Shown one piece after another: positions 47,519 to 59,389 of a stretch of 64,000 nucleotides of DNA. Each line of letters starts with the position of its first letter. Position 1 is the stretch's first letter. Source of the DNA: an uncultured Gammaproteobacteria bacterium (lineage in GTDB: Bacteria; Patescibacteriota; Patescibacteriia; SG8-24; DYFX01); contig CAYOJH010000001.1 of assembly GCA_964404275.1 (NCBI GenBank), positions 41,512-105,511 of the forward strand. Direction: 5' to 3'. A program made the translations under genes and the position numbers. The notes beneath the pieces were generated by a model. The model was not told where the DNA came from. It saw only the letters and a program-made list of their open reading frames with translations, and searched no databases.

Positions 47519-48676
47519 TTATTCGACGATCCAGTCCTTCTTGAAGTCGAGGAAACGGTCTTCGAGGATCGCTTTGCGCATTTCGCGCATCAGGTTCAGC
47601 AGGAAGTGCAGATTGTGGAGCGTGCCAAGGCGGAAATAGGCGAGCTCCTCCGCCAGGAACAGATGGCGCAGGTACGCGCGCGTGTAGTGCTTGCACGTGA
47701 AGCAGGCGCATTCCTCGTCGATCGGACGCGTGTCGAGCTCGTGCGCTTTGTTGCCGATCTCGATGCGGTATTTTTTGGAACGCCCGGCCTTGCGGTTGAA
47801 AAGCGCGCCGTTGCGCGCGACGCGCGTCGGCGAAACGCAATCGAACATGTCGGCTCCCCCTTCGACCACGTCGAAGAGATCTTCGGGCGAAAGGCCGACG
47901 CCCATCGTGTAGCGCGCTTTGTCCTCCGGCATCAGATCCTCGATCCAGCCGAGGATCTCGCGCGTTTTTTCCATATTGTAGCCGACCGACTCGCCGCCGA
48001 TCGCGAAACCATCGAAGCCGCGCGAGGCGATGAACTCCGCCGAAGCGCGACGCAGATCTTTATGCACGCCGCCCTGCACGATGCCAAAGAGCTGCTGCGT
48101 GAACGTCGGCGCGTCTTTTTTATCCTTGAACGCTTCGAGGCAGCGGTCCGCCCAGCGATGCGTGCGCTCCATCGCCGCGCGCGCCTCTTCCTCGGAAGCG
48201 CTGTCGGACGTGCATTGGTCGAATGCCATGATCACGTCCGCGCCGAGCTTCTGCTGGATCCGAATCGCCTCTTCCGGCGTGAAGCGATGACTCGAACCGT
48301 CGAGATGCGACTTGAAGGTGACGCCGTCCTCGTCGATCTTCACGAGATTGCCGTGCGCGGATTTCTTCGCGCCCAAAGAAAAAACTTGATAACCGCCCGA
48401 ATCCGTCAAAATCGCGCGGTTCCAATTTTGAAAGGCATGGACGCCGCCGAGCGCTTTGATCGCGTCCTCCCCCGGCCGCAAGTGCAAGTGATACGTATTA
48501 TTCAAAATGATCTGCGCGCCCAACATTTCCATGTCGGCCGCGTCGAGCGCCTTGACCGTCGCCTGCGTGCCGACCGGCATGAAGACCGGCGTCTCGACGT
48601 CGCCATGCGCGGTATGCAAAATGCCCGCGCGGGCGCGCGAGTTTTTATCTTGGTGCTGGAGCGTGAAATTCTTCAT
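47519..48676 (-). CDS. tgt: tRNA-guanine transglycosylase
   Basis: TPVFMPVGT, NTYHL, TDSGGYQV, GIVQGG, DMFDCV, CACFTC...HN zinc site. Confidence 0.96.
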   Translation of the reverse strand: MKNFTLQHQDKNSRARAGILHTAHGDVETPVFMPVGTQATVKALDAADMEMLGAQIILNNTYHLHLRPGEDAIKALGGVHAFQNWNRAILTDSGGYQVFSLGAKKSAHGNLVKIDEDGVTFKSHLDGSSHRFTPEEAIRIQQKLGADVIMAFDQCTSDSASEEEARAAMERTHRWADRCLEAFKDKKDAPTFTQQLFGIVQGGVHKDLRRASAEFIASRGFDGFAIGGESVGYNMEKTREILGWIEDLMPEDKARYTMGVGLSPEDLFDVVEGGADMFDCVSPTRVARNGALFNRKAGRSKKYRIEIGNKAHELDTRPIDEECACFTCKHYTRAYLRHLFLAEELAYFRLGTLHNLHFLLNLMREMRKAILEDRFLDFKKDWIVE

Positions 48677-48831
48677 GACGTTCGAGAAGTGAAATGCCAC
48701 TGCAAGCATTCGGCGCATTGATAGACATTCAAGTCCACGCCGTTCTTTTCTTCGGCGTAGGCCTTGGCCTCGAGCGCCTGGCGCTCGGTCTCATAGGCTT
48801 TCTTGGCCGAGGAACACTGGTTCCGACTCAT
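48673..48831 (-). CDS. Small Zn-finger-like protein
   Basis: C...K.AY.T...A ... YQCAECLQWHFTS; ATGA overlap with tgt. Confidence 0.65.
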   Translation of the reverse strand: MSRNQCSSAKKAYETERQALEAKAYAEEKNGVDLNVYQCAECLQWHFTSRTS

Positions 48832-48895
48832 GTCCGGCCTGAGCGGCTGAAATCGCATAACGACCCATCTTGGACCAAAAAACGTCCGCGGTCAA

Positions 48896-48921
48896 GACAC
48901 GTCATTCGCGAATGACGTGTC
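48896..48921. repeat. Perfect 26-bp palindrome
   Basis: GACACGTCATTCG-CGAATGACGTGTC. Confidence 0.85.
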
Positions 48922-49426
48922 AAGTCTTGAAACCGATCTCCTCCTTTTTTGAAGGCGGCTCCGCCAAAAGCTGCCGAATGGCGTCGAAGACGATCTTGAA
49001 CTGCTTGTCGTAGCGCTGTTCCAAGACCTCAAGTTTTAAACGAAGATCTGCATTCTCCGCCAGGAATTCGCGCAGCTTGGTAAACGTGCGAATGATCTGA
49101 ATGTTGACCAAGATGGCCCTTGGACTGTTCAAAACGCTCGAAAGCATGGCGACGCCCTGCTCAGTGAAGGCGAGTGGCAATTTACGAAGACCGCCCCAAC
49201 TTGAAGTCACAAATTGTGACTTCAAGTTTTTAAGCTCATCTTGATGCAATTTAAACATAAAATCCTCTGGGAAACGCTCCGCATGGCGCTTCACAGCTTG
49301 ATTCAACACTTTCGTGGAAACGCCATACAAATCGGCCAAATCGCGGTCGAACATGACCTTCCGGCCGCGAAATACGTGGATCTTCTCCGCAATGCGTTCT
49401 GCCGGGACGATGCCATATTGTTCCAT
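48920..49426 (-). CDS. ORF6N domain DNA-binding protein
   Basis: RGRKVMFDRDLADLYGV, NQAVKR..ERFPEDFMF, AFTEQGVAMLSSVL. Confidence 0.92.
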   Translation of the reverse strand: MEQYGIVPAERIAEKIHVFRGRKVMFDRDLADLYGVSTKVLNQAVKRHAERFPEDFMFKLHQDELKNLKSQFVTSSWGGLRKLPLAFTEQGVAMLSSVLNSPRAILVNIQIIRTFTKLREFLAENADLRLKLEVLEQRYDKQFKIVFDAIRQLLAEPPSKKEEIGFKT

Positions 49427-49535
49427 ATGGCGCGGTCCTAGCAGAACGCGCGTCATTCATGCAAGAGATTCAAAAAACCGGCCACGATCACATCGCGCGG
49501 TCGAAGCTCGTTTTTTCATGTATACTTGCATGACT

Positions 49536-50342
49536 ATGCCTAGCACTTCTTTCGACTTCCCTAGCGCCATTTTTTTCAGCATCGCTTGGCCTTTCTTGAA
49601 AATACTTCTTATCTTGTTGGTATTTGCCATGGTGCTCGGCCTCCTTACCGGGATTTTTACTTACGGACAGCCGATCCGAAAGGAAAAAAAATCAGGCGGC
49701 ATGGATGACGCGATCATGCTAGGCATGATCATCTCGCATGCGTTGATCGACTTCATCCTGGGAAAATTCCGCAGGGGGAAGGGCGGCGACGGCGGGTGGC
49801 TCGATAATCAAAAAATCCTTGCAATGATGCGAGGCATGCATCCGAGCGAGTTTGAGAAATTCATCGCTGAAATGTTCGCGGCGCTCGGATACGAAACGGA
49901 AGTTGTCGGCGGCAAAAGCGATGGAGGCATCGATATCGAAATGACGAAAGGCGGTCGCCGTTACGTGGTGCAGTGTAAAAAATTCATCACCCGCAAGGTC
50001 AGGCCGACGGACGTGCGGGATTTCTTTGGGGCGATGATCGGTCGAAACGCAGATGGCAAGGGCTTCTTTGTCACAACGAATATTTTTACCACCGAGGCAG
50101 AGTTGTTCGCTGAAGGCAAACCGCTTGAACTCATCGACGGCCTTGAGCTGGTGAGCCTCGTCCGGCAAAACGGCATGCTTGGGAAAATACCGGCCGCGTC
50201 ATCAATACCGGCAGTATCGGCTAAACGAGAATCATGCCCTGCATGCGGGGGTGTGTTAACCGAAAGGGCTAATCGCAACGATGGCAGCAAGTTTCTGGGA
50301 TGCTCAAATTTTCCAAGTTGCCGCTATACGAAATCACTTTAG
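49536..50342 (+). CDS. Mrr-like restriction endonuclease with N-terminal TMs and a C-terminal topoisomerase-type C4 zinc ribbon
   Basis: EFEKFIA, DGGID, VQCK, IDG; CPACGG...FLGCSNFPSC. Confidence 0.88.
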   Translation: MPSTSFDFPSAIFFSIAWPFLKILLILLVFAMVLGLLTGIFTYGQPIRKEKKSGGMDDAIMLGMIISHALIDFILGKFRRGKGGDGGWLDNQKILAMMRGMHPSEFEKFIAEMFAALGYETEVVGGKSDGGIDIEMTKGGRRYVVQCKKFITRKVRPTDVRDFFGAMIGRNADGKGFFVTTNIFTTEAELFAEGKPLELIDGLELVSLVRQNGMLGKIPAASSIPAVSAKRESCPACGGVLTERANRNDGSKFLGCSNFPSCRYTKSL

Positions 50343-50344
50343 CG

Positions 50345-50370
50345 AAAAAGAGGCGGAACGCCTCTTTTTT
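50345..50370. terminator. Bidirectional terminator
   Basis: A5-GAGGCG-GAA-CGCCTC-T6. Confidence 0.85.
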
Positions 50371-50373
50371 GAT

Positions 50374-51951
50374 TCAGACCAGCGGCCTTCCCGTCATTTC
50401 GTTCGGTTGCGGGATGTTCAGGATTCGTAGAATCGTCGGCGTGACGTCAGAGAGCATGCCGACGGGCGGGCTGAGGCTCAGGTCGCCGCCGACCATTTCC
50501 TGGGCTTCGCCGGCCATGCCTTCGAACTGGCGGCCGACGATGATGAGCGGCACGGGGTAGGTGGAGTGCTCCTTGTCGATCGCGCCGGTCTGGAGATTGA
50601 CGACTTCTTCGGCGTTGCCGTGATCGGCGGTGATCAGCACCACGCCGTTTTTCGCCAGGGTCGCGTCGACGATCTTGCCGATGCACTGGTCGATGACTTC
50701 GGCCGCCTTGACGGTGGCTTTCAAATTGCCGGTGTGGCCGACCATGTCACCGTTCGCGAAGTTCGCGAGGACGACGTCGTACGTCCCGTTGTTGACCTCC
50801 TTCACGATGCGGTCGGCGATCTGCGGCGCGGACATTTCCGGCTGCTGGTCGTACGACGAGACTTTCGGCGACGGGATGATCACGCGGTCTTCGCCCGGGA
50901 ACGGGTCTTCCTTCATGCCGTTCAGGAAGAACGTCACGTGCGCGTATTTTTCCGTTTCGGCGATGTGGAGCTGCTTCATGCCCGCTTCGGAGATGACGCG
51001 GGCCAAGCAGTTCGAAATCGGTTCCGGCGGAAAGGCGACTTGGACCGGCAATTCCTTTTCGTATTCCGTCATCGTGACGAACATCAGGTCGCGCATGTAC
51101 GTCCGGGCGAACTTGTCGAAGGCCGGCAGGGCGAAGGCCTTGGTGATCTCGCGGGCGCGGTCCGGACGGAAATTGAAGAAGATGACGGCGTCGCCGTCTT
51201 CGATTTTCGCGACGGGTTTCCCCTTCTCCGTGATGACCGTCGGAATGAATTCCTCGTCGTAGATTTTTTTCTCGTAGGATTCCTTGATCGCCCGGAGCGG
51301 GTTGTCGCTCATGACGTCGGCCTGGCCCTCGGCCATGGCGCGATAGGCTTTCTCGACGCGGTCCCAGCGATTGTCGCGATCCATCGCGTAGAAGCGCCCG
51401 GCCAAGGTGGCGATCTTGCCGACGCCGTTCTGCTTCATGCGCGCTTGGACGGTGGTCACGAAGTCGATGCCGGCGTTAAAGGTGGTGTCGCGGCCGTCGA
51501 GAATCGCGTGCAGGTACGTTTCTTTCACGTTCTGCGCTTTGGCGAGATCGAGCAGCGCCAGAAGATGGTCGAGCGAAGCGTGCACGTTGCCGATCGACGT
51601 CAGGCCGAGCAGGTGCAGCTTCGATTTCTTTTCCTTCACGTGTGTGATCGCCTCGAGGAACACGGCGTTCTGCGCGAACTCGCCGCTCTGGATCGCGCGG
51701 TTGATGCGCGGCAGGCTCTGGTAGTAGACCTTGCCGGCGCCGATCGTCAGGTGGCCGACTTCCGAGTTGCCCATCTCGCCCCACATCAAGCCGGCCTCTT
51801 CGCCGGAAGCGAGGATCGTCATGGCCGGATAGTTCGAAGCGAGCGCGCGGATACGCGGCGTGTCGGCCATGGCGAGCGCGTTGCCCTGGTCCGGAGGCGC
51901 GACGCCCCAGCCATCGAGAATCAGCAGCACGAGGGGTTTCGGGGTTGGCAT
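50374..51951 (-). CDS. gpmI: 2,3-BPG-independent phosphoglycerate mutase (copy 1)
   Basis: ILDGWG, MGNSEVGH, GRFYAMDRD, AETEKYAHVTFF, DMVGHTG, TADHGN. Confidence 0.96.
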   Translation of the reverse strand: MPTPKPLVLLILDGWGVAPPDQGNALAMADTPRIRALASNYPAMTILASGEEAGLMWGEMGNSEVGHLTIGAGKVYYQSLPRINRAIQSGEFAQNAVFLEAITHVKEKKSKLHLLGLTSIGNVHASLDHLLALLDLAKAQNVKETYLHAILDGRDTTFNAGIDFVTTVQARMKQNGVGKIATLAGRFYAMDRDNRWDRVEKAYRAMAEGQADVMSDNPLRAIKESYEKKIYDEEFIPTVITEKGKPVAKIEDGDAVIFFNFRPDRAREITKAFALPAFDKFARTYMRDLMFVTMTEYEKELPVQVAFPPEPISNCLARVISEAGMKQLHIAETEKYAHVTFFLNGMKEDPFPGEDRVIIPSPKVSSYDQQPEMSAPQIADRIVKEVNNGTYDVVLANFANGDMVGHTGNLKATVKAAEVIDQCIGKIVDATLAKNGVVLITADHGNAEEVVNLQTGAIDKEHSTYPVPLIIVGRQFEGMAGEAQEMVGGDLSLSPPVGMLSDVTPTILRILNIPQPNEMTGRPLV

Positions 51952-52016
51952 AGCTTCCAAAGTGTAGCTTCCGAAGGCCTTTTTTTCAAGCATGAAAAAA
52001 ACCGCTGGATCAGCGG

Positions 52017-52523
52017 TTATGCGTCCCGATCGTCCCGAATGAAGATCGCGGGCTGCGTCTCGAGTAGCCGCCCGATCGTGAGCGACTTCTTGTCGTAGGC
52101 GCGGAGGTTCTCGGCGTTCAGCTTGACGCCGTGCCGCATGACCAGGCGTTCGTCGGTACCGGCCTGGGCCAGAAAGGCCGGCAGGTTGTGGATCATTTCC
52201 ATCATCGGCATGCGCATTTGCGTGTGCGCTTCCGTCGCCATCTCGAGCATCTCTTCCAGCGGGAACGGCAGCTGTTCGGCCGGCGTGGCCTCGAGCATCT
52301 TCTTAATGAAGCCCTGGTCGAGCATATGCTCGAGAATCGCGAGCTTGGCCTCCATGAGCGACGAAAGCGTGACGGTCTTGCCGAGGTGATCGGCCAGCAG
52401 TCCGGGCAGCGCGGCCGCCAGCTCGCGGATGACCGGAACGGCTTGTTCGGGGATTTCGCTCATGAATGCGGCGTCGTTCTCGAGCGCCTTCCAGATCTTC
52501 TTCGCATCGGGCTTCGTTGCCAT
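52017..52523 (-). CDS. Hypothetical protein
   Basis: SD GAGGAGG; flanked by hairpins; lies between the gpmI copies. Confidence 0.65.
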   Translation of the reverse strand: MATKPDAKKIWKALENDAAFMSEIPEQAVPVIRELAAALPGLLADHLGKTVTLSSLMEAKLAILEHMLDQGFIKKMLEATPAEQLPFPLEEMLEMATEAHTQMRMPMMEMIHNLPAFLAQAGTDERLVMRHGVKLNAENLRAYDKKSLTIGRLLETQPAIFIRDDRDA

Positions 52524-52582
52524 CGCAATCCTCCTCGCGCCGAGGTATATCGCGAAAACGCCGACCCGTCAAGGTCGGCGTT

Positions 52583-55465
<2,883 letters not shown>

Positions 55466-55466
55466 G

Positions 55467-56279
55467 CTACGGAAGAATTTCGTAATTGACGCTCACGTCG
55501 ACGATCACGTCCTGCGAACCGGATTCGACCGAGGGCGAGACGGCTCCCCCGCCCATGCCCATCGCCGCCTTGTCGAAGTAGATCGGCGAGGGCGCGCCGC
55601 CGTAGCTCTCGGTGAAGCCGACGACCTTGCCGAGCTTCACGCCGGCCGCAGCCGCGATTTGCTGCGCCTTCTTTTTGGCGCTTTCGAGCGCCTGGAGACG
55701 CGCCTGCTGTCGGAGATCTTCGGGATTATCGATCGTGAACGAGACGCCGCCGACCGTGTTGGCGCCGAGCGCGCCAGCGGCCGCCAGGACGTCGCCGATC
55801 TTCGAAAGGTCGCGGATCTTCACGTCGATCGACTGCTGCACCTGGTAGCCGCGGTCGACCTGCTTGCCATTCACGTAATCGTATTGCGGATAGATCGTGT
55901 AGTTGCTGGTCTGGATGTCCTCGGGCGCGACGCCGAAGCTTTTGACCTTGTCGATGATGGCGTTCATCTTGGCCGTGTTGTCTTTCTGCGCCGCGGACAC
56001 TTCCTTGTTCTCGGTCTGCACGCCGATCGAGACGGTCGCGATGTCGGGCAGCGCCTTGACCTTGCCCTCGGCGTTGATCGCGATCGTGTCGCGCTGGCCG
56101 CTCGGACGCCCGATGTACTGGTTCTGCTTGGCGGCGTTGGCGGCCAGGATCGCGAGGTACGCGATGCCGACGACGATCAGCGCGCCCTTCAATCCCTTCA
56201 AGCCGCGGCGCCGACCGGAAGAACCGCCGCCGTTGCCGCAGCCTCCTCCGTTTCCGCATCCGCACATGTTGCCTTCCAT
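55467..56279 (-). CDS. SIMPL (DUF541) domain protein
   Basis: EGKVKALPDIA, DIQTSNY.IYPQY, GAN.VGGVSF, KA..IA...GVKLG. Confidence 0.92.
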   Translation of the reverse strand: MEGNMCGCGNGGGCGNGGGSSGRRRGLKGLKGALIVVGIAYLAILAANAAKQNQYIGRPSGQRDTIAINAEGKVKALPDIATVSIGVQTENKEVSAAQKDNTAKMNAIIDKVKSFGVAPEDIQTSNYTIYPQYDYVNGKQVDRGYQVQQSIDVKIRDLSKIGDVLAAAGALGANTVGGVSFTIDNPEDLRQQARLQALESAKKKAQQIAAAAGVKLGKVVGFTESYGGAPSPIYFDKAAMGMGGGAVSPSVESGSQDVIVDVSVNYEILP

Positions 56280-56300
56280 AGTGGTGAGTGATGATGAATC

Positions 56301-57512
56301 TTATTCGTCAATACGCAACGGCTGCAGTCCGGGTAACGGCGTGCCTTCCAGGAATTCGAGCATCGCGCCGCCTCCGGTCGAAAGATGATCGATGCAATCG
56401 GCCAAGCCGGTGCGAAAGAGCGCGACCGCCGTCTCTCCGCCGCCGGCGATGCCGAAGGCTTTGCCTTTCGATCTCGCCGCGATCAGCCGGCCGATCGCCA
56501 GCGTGCCGTGACTGAATTTCGGCGCCTCGAACAGACCGAGCGGGCCGTTCCAGACGATCATCTGCGCCGAACGGATGTAGGACGCGTAGGCCGAGATCGT
56601 CTTGGGCCCGATGTCGAGGATCGCCTCGTGATCGCGGCAGAGATCGAACGGCTCCGTCTGAAGATCGACGACGTGCGCCGAACCGTTCAGGTTTTTGGGA
56701 TCGCCGATCACGACGTCGTGCGGCAGGATCAATTTTTTGAAATACGGATGCTTCATCAGCTCATGCGCCGCTTCGAGATCGGCCTCGCTGCAGGGCGTGA
56801 GCCCGATGCAGTGGCTCTGGGCCTTGAAGAACGGCGCGATCAAGGCGCCGCCGAGCAGCACGCGATCGGCCGCCGAGAGCAGCTGCGAGATGACACCGAT
56901 CTTGTCGGAAACTTTCGCGCCGCCCATCACGACGAGATACGGATGCAAGGGCGCGTCGATGGCTTTTTCAAGCGCGGCAACTTCGGCCACGAGCAGCGGT
57001 CCGGCGTACGACGGCAGATGGCGCGTGATGCCGACGATCGAGGCGGCGGCGCGATGGCAGGTGCCGAAGGCTTCGTCGACGTAAACGTCGGCCAAACGCG
57101 ACAAGGCCTGCGCGAAGGACGGATCATTGGCTTCTTCGCCTTTGTGGAAGCGCAGGTTTTCAAGCAGCACGGCCTGGCCGTTCGCGAGTTCCGAGGCGGC
57201 GGCTTCGATCTTTGGGCCGATGCAGTCCGGCAGCTTGGCGACGTCGCGGCGCAGGAGTTGCGAGAGGCGCTTGGCGATCGGATCCAGCTTGAGCGAAGCG
57301 ACTTTCTTGCCGTCCGGCCGCCCGAGATGCGCGGCGATCACGACGCGCGCGCCGGCTTTCATCAAGCGCTCGATCGTCGGCACGACTTTGCGGATGCGCC
57401 AATCCTCGTCGGCGCTGACCTTGCCGCGCGAGACCGGCACGTTGAAATCCGCGCGCAGGAACACGCGCTTGCCGCGGATCGATTTGAGATCGTCAAGCGT
57501 GCGAAGTTTCAT
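56301..57512 (-). CDS. pgk: Phosphoglycerate kinase
   Basis: RADFNVP, HLGRP, LENLRF, GGAKVSDK, STGGGA. Confidence 0.97.
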   Translation of the reverse strand: MKLRTLDDLKSIRGKRVFLRADFNVPVSRGKVSADEDWRIRKVVPTIERLMKAGARVVIAAHLGRPDGKKVASLKLDPIAKRLSQLLRRDVAKLPDCIGPKIEAAASELANGQAVLLENLRFHKGEEANDPSFAQALSRLADVYVDEAFGTCHRAAASIVGITRHLPSYAGPLLVAEVAALEKAIDAPLHPYLVVMGGAKVSDKIGVISQLLSAADRVLLGGALIAPFFKAQSHCIGLTPCSEADLEAAHELMKHPYFKKLILPHDVVIGDPKNLNGSAHVVDLQTEPFDLCRDHEAILDIGPKTISAYASYIRSAQMIVWNGPLGLFEAPKFSHGTLAIGRLIAARSKGKAFGIAGGGETAVALFRTGLADCIDHLSTGGGAMLEFLEGTPLPGLQPLRIDE

Positions 57513-57513
57513 G

Positions 57514-58830
57514 TCAGAGATTGTTGCGCCGGAAAAACGTGAGCGGCGCGCGGATCAGCTTCCAGGCACTCTTCCACGGCAGCGTCGTCACGAAGTAGCG
57601 CACGTCCGCCGCCAGGCGCACCGGCCAGACGAGCCAGCCCTTGAAGCGGAAACCGTAGACGTCGGCCACGCCCCACATGCCGCCCATCGGCACAAGCGCA
57701 TGCATGGCAGGGAACGTATAGCTCGCGAGCGGTTTCTTTTCCATCATGCGGATGATGTTTTCGGCGGCGAGTTCGGCCTGATGGATCGCCCCCTGCGCGA
57801 GCTGCGGCACGGGCCGTTTGGATTTCGGATCCGAGAGCGCGATGCAATCGCCGACCGCCCAGACGTTTTCACGACCCTGGACCCGCATCGTCGCTTCGAC
57901 TTGGACCTTGCTGCGCGCGTCGAGCGCCAGGCCGAAATTCTTGACGACCGGATTCGCGCGGAAGCCGCCGCACCAGACGAGCAAGTCCATCGTGACTTCT
58001 TTCTGGTTTTCTTTTTTGAAATCGCAGATCAGCATGTCCATCGTTTCGCCCGGCTTGAGCGGACGCGGCGCAAGCACGACATGGTCTCGGTGAACCCCTT
58101 TGATGCACGCATCCAGGATCAATTTGACGCCGAGCTTTTCGAGACGCGTTTTCGCCCAGGCGGAAAGCTGCGGATGAAACATCGGCAACGGGCGCGGCGA
58201 AGCTTCTACGAGCTCGATCGAATATTCGCCCGCGCCAAGCATGCCTTTCTTCACCTGCGTCCGCATGAAACCGGCCGCCTCGCAAGCGAATTCGACGCCC
58301 GTCGGCCCCGCGCCGCCGACCATGACGCGCACGAACGGGATTTCATTGCGACGTTTCATTTCGATCAGCGCGCGCAGCTTGCGATGCACGTGGAGCGCGT
58401 CTTGCAAGCTGTACATCGGAACGCCGTGCTGCTCGAGGCCTTCGATGCCGTAAAAATCCGGTTCGGTGCCGACGGCGATCACGAGCTGATCGAACGGCAG
58501 CGCGCGCCCGTCGGCCAGCTTCACGGTTTTCGCTTCTTCGTCCACGCCGAGCACTTCCTGGTATTCGACCCTCACGCCCGCCGAGGCGAGGTGCGCGCGC
58601 AGATCCTCATACGGCGTGGCCACGCCGGATTCCAATTGCGACTCCGGCGCGTCCCCCGTCGCCACTTCATAGAGCCACGGGCGGTAGAGATGATGCGTGT
58701 GCTTGTCGATGACCGTGATCTCGCAACCGGAACGCCGCCCCAAGCGCTTCGAAAGCCGCACCGCGGTCGTCAAACCGCCGAAACCGGCCCCGAGAATCAC
58801 AATCCGTTCGCAGCGTTGAGACGTTGCCAT
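57514..58830 (-). CDS. ndh: Type II NADH dehydrogenase-like flavoprotein
   Basis: ILGAGFGG, PWLYEVATG, GAGPTGVEFA, WAVGD, AQGA. Confidence 0.85.
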   Translation of the reverse strand: MATSQRCERIVILGAGFGGLTTAVRLSKRLGRRSGCEITVIDKHTHHLYRPWLYEVATGDAPESQLESGVATPYEDLRAHLASAGVRVEYQEVLGVDEEAKTVKLADGRALPFDQLVIAVGTEPDFYGIEGLEQHGVPMYSLQDALHVHRKLRALIEMKRRNEIPFVRVMVGGAGPTGVEFACEAAGFMRTQVKKGMLGAGEYSIELVEASPRPLPMFHPQLSAWAKTRLEKLGVKLILDACIKGVHRDHVVLAPRPLKPGETMDMLICDFKKENQKEVTMDLLVWCGGFRANPVVKNFGLALDARSKVQVEATMRVQGRENVWAVGDCIALSDPKSKRPVPQLAQGAIHQAELAAENIIRMMEKKPLASYTFPAMHALVPMGGMWGVADVYGFRFKGWLVWPVRLAADVRYFVTTLPWKSAWKLIRAPLTFFRRNNL

Positions 58831-58855
58831 ACGCGTGAAAGTATAGCATCTCCAT

Positions 58856-58882
58856 GTCATCCCGGCGAAAGCCGGAATCCAG
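58856..58882 (+). repeat. REP-like GTCATCCCG element
   Basis: GTCATCCCGGCGAAAGCCGGAATCCAG hairpin. Confidence 0.65.
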
Positions 58883-58894
58883 TTCCTACAGGAA

Positions 58895-58995
58895 TTTAAA
58901 ACACGCGTGAGACAAAGTCTCACGCGTGGAAAGGGTCCAAGGACATTTTTCCCGCCGGCATGGCAGGACCCGGGCCTCGCCTCAAAGGTACGATA
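58895..58995 (-). ncRNA. Candidate small RNA or leader RNA
   Basis: Lies between TTGACA-17-TATTCT (59002-59030) and a 12-bp stem (58902-58928) followed by TTTT. Confidence 0.4.
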
Positions 58996-59082
58996 GGCCT
59001 AAGAATAGCATAAAAATGCGGTTTTGTCAAGGTTTTTGGGCGGGCGGCGAAAAACAAAAACTCCCCACGCGGGGAGTCGGCA

Positions 59083-59334
59083 TCATGCCAGTACGGTGTG
59101 CTTTTCGTCTTCGGTAATGATGCGCTTCTTTTCCAGAACGTTGATGAGGATATTCACCTTGCCGTCCGTGCGGTCGAGTTTTCGATCGAGGTTGGTGAGA
59201 CGGTTGTCGAGGCCATCGAGCTGTTCTTGAACCGCGTCGAACTTGGTGTTGATGACACCCTCCGGGTCGGAGAGTACGCCTTCAACGACCTTTCCAATCG
59301 CCTTCAAATCTTCGTTCGTGAGCATGGTCGGCAT
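59083..59334 (-). CDS. Small coiled-coil hypothetical protein
   Basis: LTNEDLKAIGKVV, heptad repeats; TATAAT 8 nt upstream of ATG. Confidence 0.7.
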   Translation of the reverse strand: MPTMLTNEDLKAIGKVVEGVLSDPEGVINTKFDAVQEQLDGLDNRLTNLDRKLDRTDGKVNILINVLEKKRIITEDEKHTVLA

Positions 59335-59389
59335 ATAGAAGGATTATAGATGCTGGCCTATCACGAATGCCACCTGCGCTGTCAAGAGA

